This document shows positions 40,001 through 50,700 of a stretch of DNA of 64,000 nt, piece by piece. A model generated the notes under the pieces. That model searched no databases, was not told where the DNA came from, and was given only the letters and a program-made list of their open reading frames with translations. Origin of the DNA: Lytechinus pictus (Eukaryota). The translations under genes were made by a program, and so were the position numbers. Each line of letters starts with the position of its first letter. Within the stretch, counting starts at the first letter, position 1. The stretch is taken from NCBI RefSeq assembly GCF_037042905.1, contig NC_087247.1:45694001-45758000 (forward strand), read 5' to 3'.

Positions 40001-41527
40001 AAGTAGTCCATTCAGCTTTGTACTTGATGCTACAACATTGCCTAATCTATCAAGTAGGTCAACATCTGCTGACACTTTTGATGCTGGTGCTCCACCAACT
40101 GTAACATTGAACATCACCTGACCTGCAAACAATAAGTACAACAAGTGAAATGAAAATGATTCATTATCATCAGTTGCCTGTTGTTTAATTTAAAGGCATC
40201 TATAGATCTCCATTTTTTATTTAAAAAATTACATTAGTATTTATCATTCATTTATTTTCATTATTTTTATTAGTAGTAGTATTTTATTCATTCATTTATT
40301 ATCATTATTATTTATTCATTTTTTTTTTTTTTGGGGGGGGCCTAAGGAAATCTTAATAAGGCAATATCTATATGAATGATATTGGTTGTTATAAATCGGT
40401 TTTATGCTGCATTCATCTTGCAAATAATGCACGAGTCATGAATCACAGACAAATGCGATATAAATGAGAGCTGAATGCATTGTATCTAGCTTACCCATTA
40501 GGAATCATTTTTATTAAATGGTGTATCCCTTACTGAATAAAAATAGAATTGAAGCTTTATCATATCTAAATGAATTATACATGTTTCTAAAAAATTGGGG
40601 GTCAACGGACTTCCTGAAGAGTTATAATGAATTTGCATAGGCATGTTTTTGCACATATATTGTCTATGGTTAGTGCACGCACGCGTGTGTGCTGTAAACT
40701 TTGATGGAGGCTAATTCCGTTATTACTTGTTGTAGAAGGTTGATCAAGGTATCAAATTACTCAGAATTATATTATCAATGCATTGATATAAGAAAATGGC
40801 GATCCTATGTTGTACAGTGCCGTTACGCGCGAGAACGCGCACGTAACCATGCGCGTGCGCAAATTTTTGAAATGCTTAAATGACCCGATTCATACTCTAC
40901 TTTCGTCAAAAGTGATTTTGAGCATTTTAAAATTTTGACGCGCGCGTACGTGCACGTCGTGACCTCTACCTGACCTTTGATGTCATCAACAGTTGACCCT
41001 TGACCTGAAGTTAATGTGATGTAAATATTGTTAATTTCTAATAATTGATAATGATTGATGTGATTTTACAAAATGGCGTCTAGATGACGTCACGATGACC
41101 TTTTGACCTTGAACTTGTTTCATACACATGACATGATAAGTCCTCATAACTGATGAAATTTTGATGAAAATTGAAGATGTAGATTTTGAGATTTTACGCT
41201 AACACGAAAAGGGCGGAAAATAAAAAAAAATAAAAAAGAAAATTCGTATGAAATTAATAGTTGATCTGTCGATCGACAGATCACCTAATTATTTGTAGCC
41301 ACCACCAAATAGCAAATGTGGAGCATCTTATAAGAGATCATATAAATCTTACAAATTTAAAAGCAAACTGTCTCACCTGTTGTGTCTATATGTGTAACAA
41401 TATCAATGTCATCAATATAGACATTTGGAGTCGTATAGAGTTTGACAGATCGCTGGATTCCACCATAGTTAAAGAAGTCAAATTGGTAGCTCAGCTCAAA
41501 ATAATTGGGTGGATACCTACATAAAAA

Positions 41528-41559
<32 letters not shown>

Positions 41560-44097
41560 CATAATTCTAACAAATTGAACTAAACCAAATTAGTAACAAC
41601 AGCTGTCATGTACATAGTAGGCAGTGGACATAATAACAACGACATTAATAGGCATTTATATTGTACAATCTATCTAGAAATATTCTATTCAAAGGTTCAT
41701 GAGAAAATAAAAAGAATAAGAGAGCTTGGATATGAAGCGACTTAGTGACAAGAACTGATGTTAGAAAAGATAAGACTTTAGTTTAAATTTGAAAGTCTCT
41801 ATTGATGAAATATTTTGAGAAACTACTTAGAGAAACTTATAACTTTCTTAGTTTACGTCCAATTTCTATAAAATTTCCAGAGCTATGCTTGGTTTACTTT
41901 TAAATCAACCTGTTGTTAAAGTGCGATCACAAGCATTTTTTAATAAAGATTTTGTCTATTAACTCACATTGTTGGGTCATCATAGTGTGTTACTGCCCCC
42001 GGTGGTAGAGTGTTAGGAGACAAGGTATTATTTACAGCAACTGTAATCATGTTGGGTTGCCCATAGGAGAGATGAGCTGTTATCTCTGCTTCAAAAGGGA
42101 GATGACCACCAGAATGCCTCACCACTTCCTGTGTGTTAAACCACTGCAAAATGGAAGAGAGATTTATTATCTTGTTATCAAGCAACAAAACACATGATAA
42201 ACATTTCAAGAGTGAAACAATTCCCTGTACAACTGAGAAGTGAGAGAAACTGAATCAAGAATAAAGTACATGCAATATAAATATCAATATTAAGATGCTC
42301 AAGGACTACACATAAATCGGTATCATACAAACAATCTTTGCTTCTACTCCACAACTTGCTTTCCAACAGAAACTGTCACAATACTTAAATTTGGAATTCT
42401 AAGTAATAGGTACTAATATAAATCAAATTAATTTCATTATCGATGTGATGATGCCACTACATTTACATTATGTGAAGAGGGGATGAGATATAATTTAAAA
42501 GAGCATGTAAAAATCTAATTAACCTGTGTATTAACAGAGGCTACTATTTTAAAAGAAATTTCCACATTTAATAATTGAAATCATTTCTTTCTAAAGCAAA
42601 TAACACATGGTACTTACAACAATAGTTTCATAATGGGCACTCTCAAATCGTAGTACAATCCTTTGACCACTGTTTATCCAAGACTTTGGAGGGTAGAACT
42701 CTTTCTCATACCAAACCCAACCTACAAAATCCCTGAGGGAGCCATCTTGAGTGATGTCATTAAAGCTGGATGGTACTGGCATATCTATCACCGGTCCAAA
42801 CTGTTAATAGCATATTTGGAGGGGGGGGGGGGGGAATGATACACACTAGATTAAGAAATGTTTTGATAATTCCTTGTTTAGTTTGTTCTTGAAACTATTG
42901 AAAATCAAAATCAAAATTAATAACAAGTCATTAAAAAATGGATAGAGACAGCAAAATCCTTTCACAAAGATTAGTATTAAAGTCCTAAATGAATTGAATC
43001 CTGTACTATGGTGATTGGTTTGAATAGCAAACATATTCTAATTCTAGCTCTGTAATGATGTGAATGTTGTTGAAAACAAAATTGATATGACATGACACGA
43101 CATCTGGGATGGAAAAGTGAATATTCCAATAGATGGAGATAATAATATAAATTTAAACAAAAAATAAAATAATGAGAATTCAAAATTTTTATGTTCCTAG
43201 CAATTGAACTGTTTTAATAACAAATATAATTTTGAAACCATAATCATAGAAATGTGGAGCCGGAGGATTAGCATGTCACATTTCCCACTTTGACAAGTTT
43301 TTTATTCTATCAGTGGAGGGTCAGAAATTAAATCAACACACACAAAAAAATAATAATTTAAAGAAATTTATTTAGTTCGGGGGCAAGGAACATATAAATA
43401 TGCAATGAAAAACTGAAGAAAAAAATTGACTGTAGCTTTGACCACTTCCCCCCCCCCCCAAAAAAAAAAAAATCAATCATCTATCCACATACTCAACAAG
43501 AGAAACAAAAATAAGCAACAAACAAAACATTACTTCCACCAATAGAGAGCCTCAAAAGAATATGTACAAAATTACAGTTTTGAGCGCACTGCCTCCGCTC
43601 CAAGGAATTAAAAATAATCACAGGAGAACAATCATCAATCCCATCATCATCTCTAAAACCAATCAACAACCTGGCATAACCAACCTTCTTCATTGAATGA
43701 GTGAGAGTCATAAGACTCGTATTCATAATGAAGACCTAATCAAATATTTGTCACATTAATGTTTTAAGACTCTTTTTTTTGTGTATGTTGATTCAATGTT
43801 TCAAATTTCAATGACCCAATTATAATACCGACGAGTCAATCAGTGTAGCCATGCTTAGCTTTTATATTCGATATATCTTACCTCATTGAGAGGCCGAGAC
43901 CACCACTGACCGTCAAACCCCGCAAAACGCCCGGGCGAGTCATCGGCACGAAACACCCACACTCCATCAAGCGACCTAACTTCACGAGATTCTGAATTTT
44001 GTAAGGATAACATTCCTCCTTTGATTTCCGCATTAGGCTTGCCTTTAGCCCCCCATACTAAAATCAAAATCGTTAAAAATAAATACATGAACCCCAT
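33891..44097 (-). CDS. GUSB: Beta-glucuronidase (glycoside hydrolase family 2), complete 12-exon gene, 1896 nt CDS, 631 aa
   Basis: Manually spliced exons: 44097-43882, 42800-42618, 42143-41968, 41516-41377, 40122-39929, 39628-39488, 38989-38814, 37316-37167, 35869-35782, 35171-34995, 34632-34497, 34009-33891. All introns are GT-AG with consistent phases. Motifs: signal peptide, [42 protein letters not shown] (acid/base Glu), QTEYGA (nucleophile Glu), [20 protein letters not shown]. Confidence 0.97.
34497..34632 (-). CDS. GUSB: GUSB exon 11
   Basis: atgcag|[15 protein letters not shown]...[17 protein letters not shown]|gtgaga. Confidence 0.96.
34995..35171 (-). CDS. GUSB: GUSB exon 10 (catalytic nucleophile Glu, TEYGA)
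   Basis: ctatag|[23 protein letters not shown]...[18 protein letters not shown]|gtgagt. Confidence 0.96.
35782..35869 (-). CDS. GUSB: GUSB exon 9
   Basis: ttgcag|[29 protein letters not shown]|gtatgt. Confidence 0.94.
36122..36327 (-). mobile_element. tRNA-derived SINE in GUSB intron 8
   Basis: Minus strand GAGGTGCTGTGGCTCAGTGG ... GGTTCAAGCCCC ... cactctccacccaggtgt. Confidence 0.75.
37167..37316 (-). CDS. GUSB: GUSB exon 8 (catalytic acid/base Glu, NEP motif)
   Basis: ttccag|[49 protein letters not shown]|gtaagt. Confidence 0.96.
38814..38989 (-). CDS. GUSB: GUSB exon 7
   Basis: tttag|[58 protein letters not shown]|gtaagt; translated by hand, not in the ORF track. Confidence 0.96.
39488..39628 (-). 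CDS. GUSB: GUSB exon 6
   Basis: ttgaag|[47 protein letters not shown]|gtaaga. Confidence 0.95.
39929..40122 (-). CDS. GUSB: GUSB exon 5
   Basis: ttgcag|GQVMFNVTV...[18 protein letters not shown]|gtaaag. Confidence 0.95.
40320..40583 (+). repeat. Interspersed repeat shared with 19690-19992
   Basis: tatatgaatgatattgg, gcattcatctt, gagtcatg, tggtgtatcccttactgaa and agaattgaag blocks are collinear. Confidence 0.8.
40585..41290 (-). mobile_element. Truncated HINE-like element in GUSB intron 4
   Basis: Terminal hairpin tgatctgtcgatcgacagatca at about 41262-41283; tgacctttga/ttgacctt core motifs; CpG-rich. Confidence 0.5.
41377..41516 (-). CDS. GUSB: GUSB exon 4
   Basis: (TC)n tract, then tag|[37 protein letters not shown]...|gtgaga. 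Confidence 0.96.
41527..41551. repeat. (GA)n microsatellite forming the polypyrimidine tract of the GUSB exon 4 acceptor
   Basis: Reads (TC)n on the minus strand just upstream of the acceptor AG. Confidence 0.85.
41968..42143 (-). CDS. GUSB: GUSB exon 3
   Basis: ttgcag|[21 protein letters not shown]...[17 protein letters not shown]|gtgagt, ends in phase 2. Confidence 0.96.
42618..42800 (-). CDS. GUSB: GUSB exon 2
   Basis: aacag|[19 protein letters not shown]...[11 protein letters not shown]...[12 protein letters not shown]|gtaagt. Confidence 0.96.
43882..44097 (-). CDS. GUSB: GUSB exon 1 (signal peptide and N-terminus)
   Basis: [19 protein letters not shown]...[28 protein letters not shown]...QWWSRPLNE; donor GAG|GTAAGA. 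The nearby second Met (MYLF) is an alternative start. Confidence 0.93.
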
Positions 44098-44170
44098 GAC
44101 CACAAGTAAATCGTGAACGAAGTTAGACGAGTATAAACGGTGCCAATAAAAAAAAATTGCGAGATTTTGA

Positions 44171-44178
44171 TCACATGA
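44171..44178. promoter_or_regulatory. M-box/CLEAR-like bHLH-ZIP site (TCATGTGA) about 75 bp upstream of the GUSB ATG
   Basis: tgaTCACATGAtca near-palindrome; MITF/TFEB family proteins bind CACGTG/CATGTG and regulate lysosomal genes. Confidence 0.4.
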
Positions 44179-44528
44179 TCATCAGTGAGCACCTGATAGA
44201 GACTATAGAGATCATGATGTAGAGATTCCCCCTCCATGAAGTTGCCAGGCGCAGGCAGGACGCGACGGGATGGATGGAAAATAGGGATAAAAAGCGAAAA
44301 ACGGCAAGAAGAAGAATGTAAAAAAAAAAAAAGAAGATAAAAAAAGCAAGAGAGAGAGAGAAAAAAAAAAGAAGTGATCAAAGAATTGACTCCGTCCTGG
44401 CATTTTTAATTAAGAAGGGTGGGGGGGGGGGAGAATTAGAACTAGTCTACTAGTATACCCTGTGAAAAAAAACCCAAAGGTTAGGGTTAGGCCCAGGGCC
44501 CGGGTCCAGGGTTATATATAGGGTTAGG

Positions 44529-44873
44529 CATTAGCGTACCTACGGGGGGCCGGGGGCAGAGGGGGCAGACTGCCCCCCCCCCCACCAATCAAAACCCGTC
44601 ATCAAGGGACGTATCCCTGCCCCCCCCTGACGATCGAGTCACAACCCATGCAAGGGACGTATCCCTGCCCCCCCCCTGACGAGCCACAAGTGGCCCGCTC
44701 CTTTGAACTTGAAGACCTTTTTTTTTCTTTCTTTCTTTTCTTTTGCTTGTCAAATTTTTTTCTGGTACGAAATCCTTTATTTGTGGTTGAAGACCTTTTT
44801 TTTTTTGCCAGTCAATATTTTGACGGACGAATTTGCCCCCCCCCCCCCTTGGAAAATCCTAGGTACGCCACTG
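44529..44873. mobile_element. hAT-type MITE with 8-bp TSD
   Basis: gggttagg|CATTAGCGTACCTA ... TAGGTACGCCACTG|gggttagg. Confidence 0.85.
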
Positions 44874-44928
44874 GGGTTAGGGTAAGGGTTAAGTCCGCCC
44901 TGGCTGTCGCAAAAGATCTTTCCCTTAA

Positions 44929-45517
44929 AGAGGAATCCAACCCAAATAAAAACTTGTTTTTATAAGGAAAAGAAAAATCAGACAAGTTGATGGGTGAGTT
45001 TGAACAATATTGGACAAACAACAAGAAAGTTTTAAAAGTTGTTAATATTGGTAATCACTATACCCATGGAGACTTCAAATTGGCCGCATATGGGTTTCAT
45101 AGTGATGTAAGGCAAGGACTACTCTTATATGTACTCCAATACATAGTGGCTAAAATGTCATTTTTCCCAAAAGTTTTACTTCAAATTGTATTTTTCTTTC
45201 ATGAGGACATACAACAATATACTACCTGGGTTATATTTAGATTACTGCCCCAGGGGAATGGGTACTTAGGAGAAAACCACAAATCCCTGATAATAAAGTA
45301 CTGTGGCCTATGGGAAAGTTGTCCTTGCCCCTTGTCATAATTTACTTACGCAGTTGCTATTTTGAAATCTACATATAGTATTAATTAGTGATCTCAATTT
45401 TAAAGCAGCTATAACTTTCTTATTGCTTTTCCGATTTCTTTCAAACTTTCACCATTCTGTTTAATTTATTTTTCTCCTTCCCAACACAACATTTTATGGC
45501 CAAGGCTGGATTCCCCT
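44929..45517. mobile_element. Kolobok-like MITE
   Basis: ttaa|AGAGGAATCCAACC ... GGCTGGATTCCCCT|ttaa. Confidence 0.8.
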
Positions 45518-46327
45518 TTAAGCTTTTGCAATTTTGTTTTGTGAGATATGCATCATGTTCGTGGTAAAAAAAGTCTCGTTTTCAGGGTGACAACAGTCAC
45601 CCACAACGAAATAAGTTGATTTGAATAAAGTGAGAGAAATCAAACAAACATAACACATGAAAATTTCATCAACATTGCCTTTTGTTCCCAGTACTTGAAG
45701 TGGTGCTCTTCCAGGAAATAGCCCCTTCATTCTCTGCAACATGCAGAAATCAGTATGTGAAGCAGAGATATAGGCCTTTTTAACTATATTATCTCAAATA
45801 CATGCAACACATGTTAAAGATTGTCACATATGAAATAATTATGAGTTTCTCTGTTAGTTTCATTGAAAATAATTGATGATGTGCATATTTTCTTTTCCAT
45901 AAGTAAGTTTTCGTATATACTATTCACAATGAGTAGCAATCACATTGATTTACCTGAATTTAAATAAATGAAATGTAGGGGAAGGGGGTTGTTTTTCCTG
46001 TATTGTAATGCCGATTGAAATCTAGATGAATTAACGTTATTTCCCTACATTGTACTTAATTATGTACCATCTTCTTTTTTCTATGTATTCACTTTTGATT
46101 ATTTTGCATGTTCTGTTTGTTTTTTTCCTTATGTATAATTTGCTTGTCTGTTATATTGTAAATATTTGTTTACAGGGCCCCCTGGAAAACAGTACAAGAC
46201 TACTGATGGGGCTAACATGTATAAATAAAACAATGATAAAAGTAAATAGCTTGAGGGACATTACCGATTCTCTCGTTTGAAAAAGAAATAGTGAGTGAAG
46301 GACATCGATCAACTCTCTCCTTTAATA

Positions 46328-46912
46328 AGGACAAGTCCACTCCAACAAATAGTTGATTTGAATTTTAAAAAAATTCCAACAAGCATAACACTGAAAATGT
46401 TATCAAAATCGGATGTAAAATAAGAAAGTGATGACATTTTTAAGTTTCGCTTAATTTCACGAAACAGTTCCCGGTCGGTATGCAAATGAGGGAACTGAAC
46501 GATGACATCACTCACTCACTATTTCTTTTGTATTTCATTATATGAAATATGAAATATTATAATTTTCTCCTCATTGTCCTGTGAAACAAAGTTTTATTTC
46601 TCCCTGAACCCGTGGAATTACCGATGTTTAACATTTTACGGTTCAGTTAAGCCTTATTTTCAAATCTGTAAGATTGAAATATTGTATAATTCAAACAATA
46701 TATAACAAAAGAAATAGTGAGTGAGGGACATCATCGATTCTCTCATTTGCATGTGACTATTTATGGATATAACTATTTTGTGAAAAATAAGCGAAACTTC
46801 AAAATGTCATAGATTTACATCCGATTTTTATGCAATTTTCAGCATTATGCTTGTCTGATTTTTCTCTATTAATTCAAATCAACATAGGCTATATCTTATA
46901 CGGACTTGACTT
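46328..46912. mobile_element. Kolobok-like MITE (same family as 18480)
   Basis: AGGACAAGTCCAC ... GGACTTGACTT|ttaa; collinear with 18480-19041. Confidence 0.8.
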
Positions 46913-47210
46913 TTAAAAGGGGTACATGTATATTGCAATTTAATTTTGTTTCGTTTTTGTTCATGGGGCCATGCAGGCTCTATTAGCACATGCTATGCTC
47001 CAATTTACCATTGTAACTAATGCAATTTGTTTTATAACCTGTAAACATGTGAATATTGTTAATACATCAAATCAAATCAAATCAAATATTACTAATTGGT
47101 GCATAAATTGTTAGCGAAATGTCATAACTTTTTCTTATAGTTTACACCCGATTTTAATGAAATTCTCATCGTTATGCTTGTTAGAATTTCAAATCAACGT
47201 TTTTCTTTAA

Positions 47211-47430
47211 AGGTCAAGTCCACCCTACAAAAATGTTGATTTGAATAAGAGAAAAATCAAACTGGCAACATGCTGAAAATTTCATCAAAATCGGATGTAA
47301 AATAAGAAACGGTTATGACATTTTCAAGTTTTGCTTATTTTTCACAAAACAGTGATATGCACAACTCAAATGGGACAGTTAAGTAAATGATGTCCCTCAC
47401 TCATAGAATGCACTATTTCTTTTGTTTTTT
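47211..47430. mobile_element. Truncated Kolobok-like MITE left arm abutting the DENND6 promoter
   Basis: ttaa|AGGTCAAGTCCACCC ... gaaaatttcatcaaaatcggatgtaaaataag ... cactatttcttttg. Confidence 0.75.
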
Positions 47431-47454
47431 ACCACAGGCACGCATATCGCTTTT

Positions 47455-47466
47455 TGCGCATGCACA
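47455..47466. promoter_or_regulatory. NRF1-like site about 55 bp upstream of the DENND6 ATG
   Basis: TGCGCATGCACA, one mismatch to TGCGCATGCGCA. Confidence 0.4.
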
Positions 47467-47518
47467 GATAACGTATCCGATCGATATCATATCACAACAA
47501 TAGTCAGAGAAAGAAACA

Positions 47519-47704
47519 ATGGCCACTTTACGGGAAGGGGATAACAAAGTTGGTTTTCGTCATCTTTCCGACGCAGAAAATAACGATATGTCAGAAGATT
47601 TGAGTGATGGAAATCGGAAGATCCTTCCGTGGGATGGATTTTCAGAATGGTTTAATTGTTTTTGTGTTGTGACGTTTGATCTAGAACTCGGACAAGCTCT
47701 GGAG
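47519..47704 (+). CDS. DENND6: DENND6 exon 1
   Basis: ACAATGG start context; [18 protein letters not shown] motif; donor GAG|GTGAGT. Confidence 0.94.
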
Positions 47705-50700
47705 GTGAGTGAGAATTATCTTGAGATGCAGACTGCACGGCAGTCCCATTCCTTTGTTCCGCTGTTGGTGGCTGCTACTTGTATTTGTGTGGGTGTGCAG
47801 TGTGAAAGGTGTGTGTGCCCCGGGGGGGGCACTCGACCAAAAAAGTGGTAGGGGTGTGCCGCGGGCGAGACAAAAAACGGGGGCCTTGGAGCGGGCTTAT
47901 TGTAAAAAGGAGGGTCCTCGGAACGGAATTCGGAACTACAATTTTGTGAAAACGGGGGTCCTTGGAACGGATCGCCAGCGTGCGAGTACGTGCGTATGTA
48001 CCCCTATGGAACGGGCATGCGTGCATGATGCATCCAGCGCGGCCTTCGCCGGGTGCGCTAGCGCAGAGACGATGGTCGGACAGCGCTCGGCGGCCGCTTT
48101 TCACCAAAATTGCAGCGGATTAATGCGACCGGAACAACGTAATGAAAAATATGCGAAGCTTTGGAGCGGATCTCTTTCTTTTTTTTTTTCTCGATAAGAA
48201 CAAATTGCTATGCCTTGGAGCGGCCTTCTTTGTTTTTTGTGTCAATAAGACAAAAATGCTATGCCTCGGAACGGAAATTTGAGTGTGAAAATGGGGGTCC
48301 CCTCCGCGGCACATACCCACTATGCATTATATACTGAGTGCCCCCCCCGGGGTGTGTGCTTTGAAACTGACAGAAATGGTGCTTGGCCTGGCCTAGCCTA
48401 CTAATAGACCCGAAATGTTGTTATTGATTGAGATTTGATTGCAAACGTTTGCATTGTAAATTACTGGTAGTTCACAACAGATTCAAATTCAAAATATTTT
48501 AATTTGAAATTCAAATCGTGACGTTTAATAATAATTAATATACCCAGTTGTTGTGTGTCCGGACAGGTTGTGTGGCGGACGATCAATTTTAGAAAGTCAT
48601 TTGGAAAAATTTACAAGCGAAGTTTCATTAATTTTTAGTACAAAATGTTAGGAAATATTATAGAGAACAAAACAGAAGATGATTACAACGATTGAATTCG
48701 TATTTTTAGTGTATTCCAAGGAAAAAAAAGAAGGCTTCAAAAATATAAAGTGTCCGGTAACTGTCCGGACACCCGATCCCCCATCCTACTAACTTAACTA
48801 CATGAACTAATAGTAACTAATAGATCTAACTTAGATTCTTAGATCTAACTCACCCACGGCTACATCTCAGCCGCCGACTACAGAATAATTGAAGGCACGG
48901 CGCATTCAACAAATAACGTTAATTTACGAAAAATTAATACGAGGACTTACAGAATGAAGTCCTCCTACGAAACTTACGAAACGATGTGAAGTCAATTCCT
49001 CATAATTTGATGAATATCCCTCAAAATGCGTCATTTAGGCGTTGATTTTTCTTCTCGTTGACAAAATACGAGAGCTACCTTTCTAGCTCTCAAATTTTTC
49101 GTCTAATGAGCGAAAGAGGGCGCGCGATTTATCTTCATATCAAAGACACTACAATTGAAAGACTAGACACAGAAATTATCTTACACGTAAATCGATGCAA
49201 AGCGTTACGCGAAGTCGGCAAAGTGTTCAATCTTTTTACTGTAAAGACTTTGGTGGAACGTTAATTGACAAATGAACGGTAGCACTTGTGGGGCTTTGTT
49301 CAAGGTACATAGAATTTTCTATATTTTTTGTTTAATTTGTCATCGTTTTAAATATTTTCCAAAAAGTATTATCGTCAGCAAAAATAATAAAAAAGTATGT
49401 TTTTTAAGTTATTGCATTTATTGGGGTCTCTATTTTATCAAACAATTATTGGAATTGCGCATACAATGAATCATGAATCTAGTTTTAAAAATACCACCAA
49501 GCTGAATTAAGGTTGCGAACTGTATTAGCGCCACCAACGACCTTCCTTTTATTTCCGTGGAAGAGACGTGCGAAGCCACTTTCCAGGTGGAGGTAAGCGA
49601 TTTTGCTCTTTTTTGTGTCCTTTTTAAATTAAAAAAATATGTAAAAAATTGATAATGGAACGCTTTCTACCAGAAAAAGCCCTGGTGAGTAGCGGAATGG
49701 GTTTCGGCTAACATCATTCACGTTATGAAGCGATGTTAACGACAACTCTAAAATCCACTACAAAAGCACTTTGGTTGTGCGAGGTTCGTATAGCATACAA
49801 CCTCGCAATAGTGTGAGTGGATCTAACTAGTAGTCAAGCATGTCAAGTTAGAGAGATCTAGACTAGCCCACTCACACGTATTGCGAGTTTAGTATTAGTA
49901 TACTAACTAGCCTTGAGGACTCTGTGATGATATTTTACATATACTTTTGCATCGTGGAGCCTTGAAACCCTTCCCATACATGCATAAGTGAGACTTATAC
50001 ACCCTGATGGATTTCCCTAGGAAATCCATATTTAGAGGGTGAAATCGGTTTGTATTTATTTATTTTAATTATCTATGAACCTTTATACGCCTACTGCATA
50101 TGAAGGTGTAAAAAGTGTGTTAGTTACGGCGATATCGGACTTTGCAATTGTTTTAGGAAGTTGCAAGCGAAATCCCAGAGCGCATGAGAGCAAATCGCTC
50201 GCCAATCTTGTGTATTTTTTCGCTTTTCAGCAGCCATGAAAATAATAAATATCAAGAAAATTGATGCGGCAATAAAAAAAGGAAGCAGGTGCGAATGAGA
50301 AACATCACTTTTTGATATTTTTTTAGCCAATTTTTTAAAATAGTATAGTAAAAAAATTCATGCGGCGGCCAAAATACATGTAGATGCACGTGAGGACTAT
50401 CAACTACTTTCCTTTTTTACTTGGCCTAACAAGATTATTGGAAGACGGCAAGGCGTGAAAAATAGACAGTGAACTGGGGGCACCCAAGGGTTCATTACAT
50501 GCCGCCGCGCACGGAAAAATCAAGCCATAGAAGTCGTGTGTTGTGGACACCAGAAGTAAGATCCCAGCACACGTGACCCACTAGTTAGAAATCCACTGCC
50601 AAACGCGGTTCATGGTGCGAGGTTAGTGTACTAATACTAACCTCGCAATAGTGTGAGTGATCTGGGGGGTGAATTGAGGTCACTTTGATCTATTTTAGCA

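Noticed and set aside
33891-44097. Bacterial uidA acquired by horizontal transfer, or contamination
   Set aside because: Eleven spliceosomal introns, a signal peptide and a 12-exon structure like animal GUSB
44479-44528. True telomere or chromosome fusion site
   Set aside because: Only a few degenerate TTAGGG units in one orientation, with no head-to-head junction
44987-45340. 117-aa ORF between GUSB and DENND6
   Set aside because: Entirely inside a TTAA MITE, with no transposase motifs
47709-48197. 162-aa ORF and overlapping 110-aa antisense ORF
   Set aside because: They lie within a GC-rich MITE in DENND6 intron 1 and have no recognisable domain
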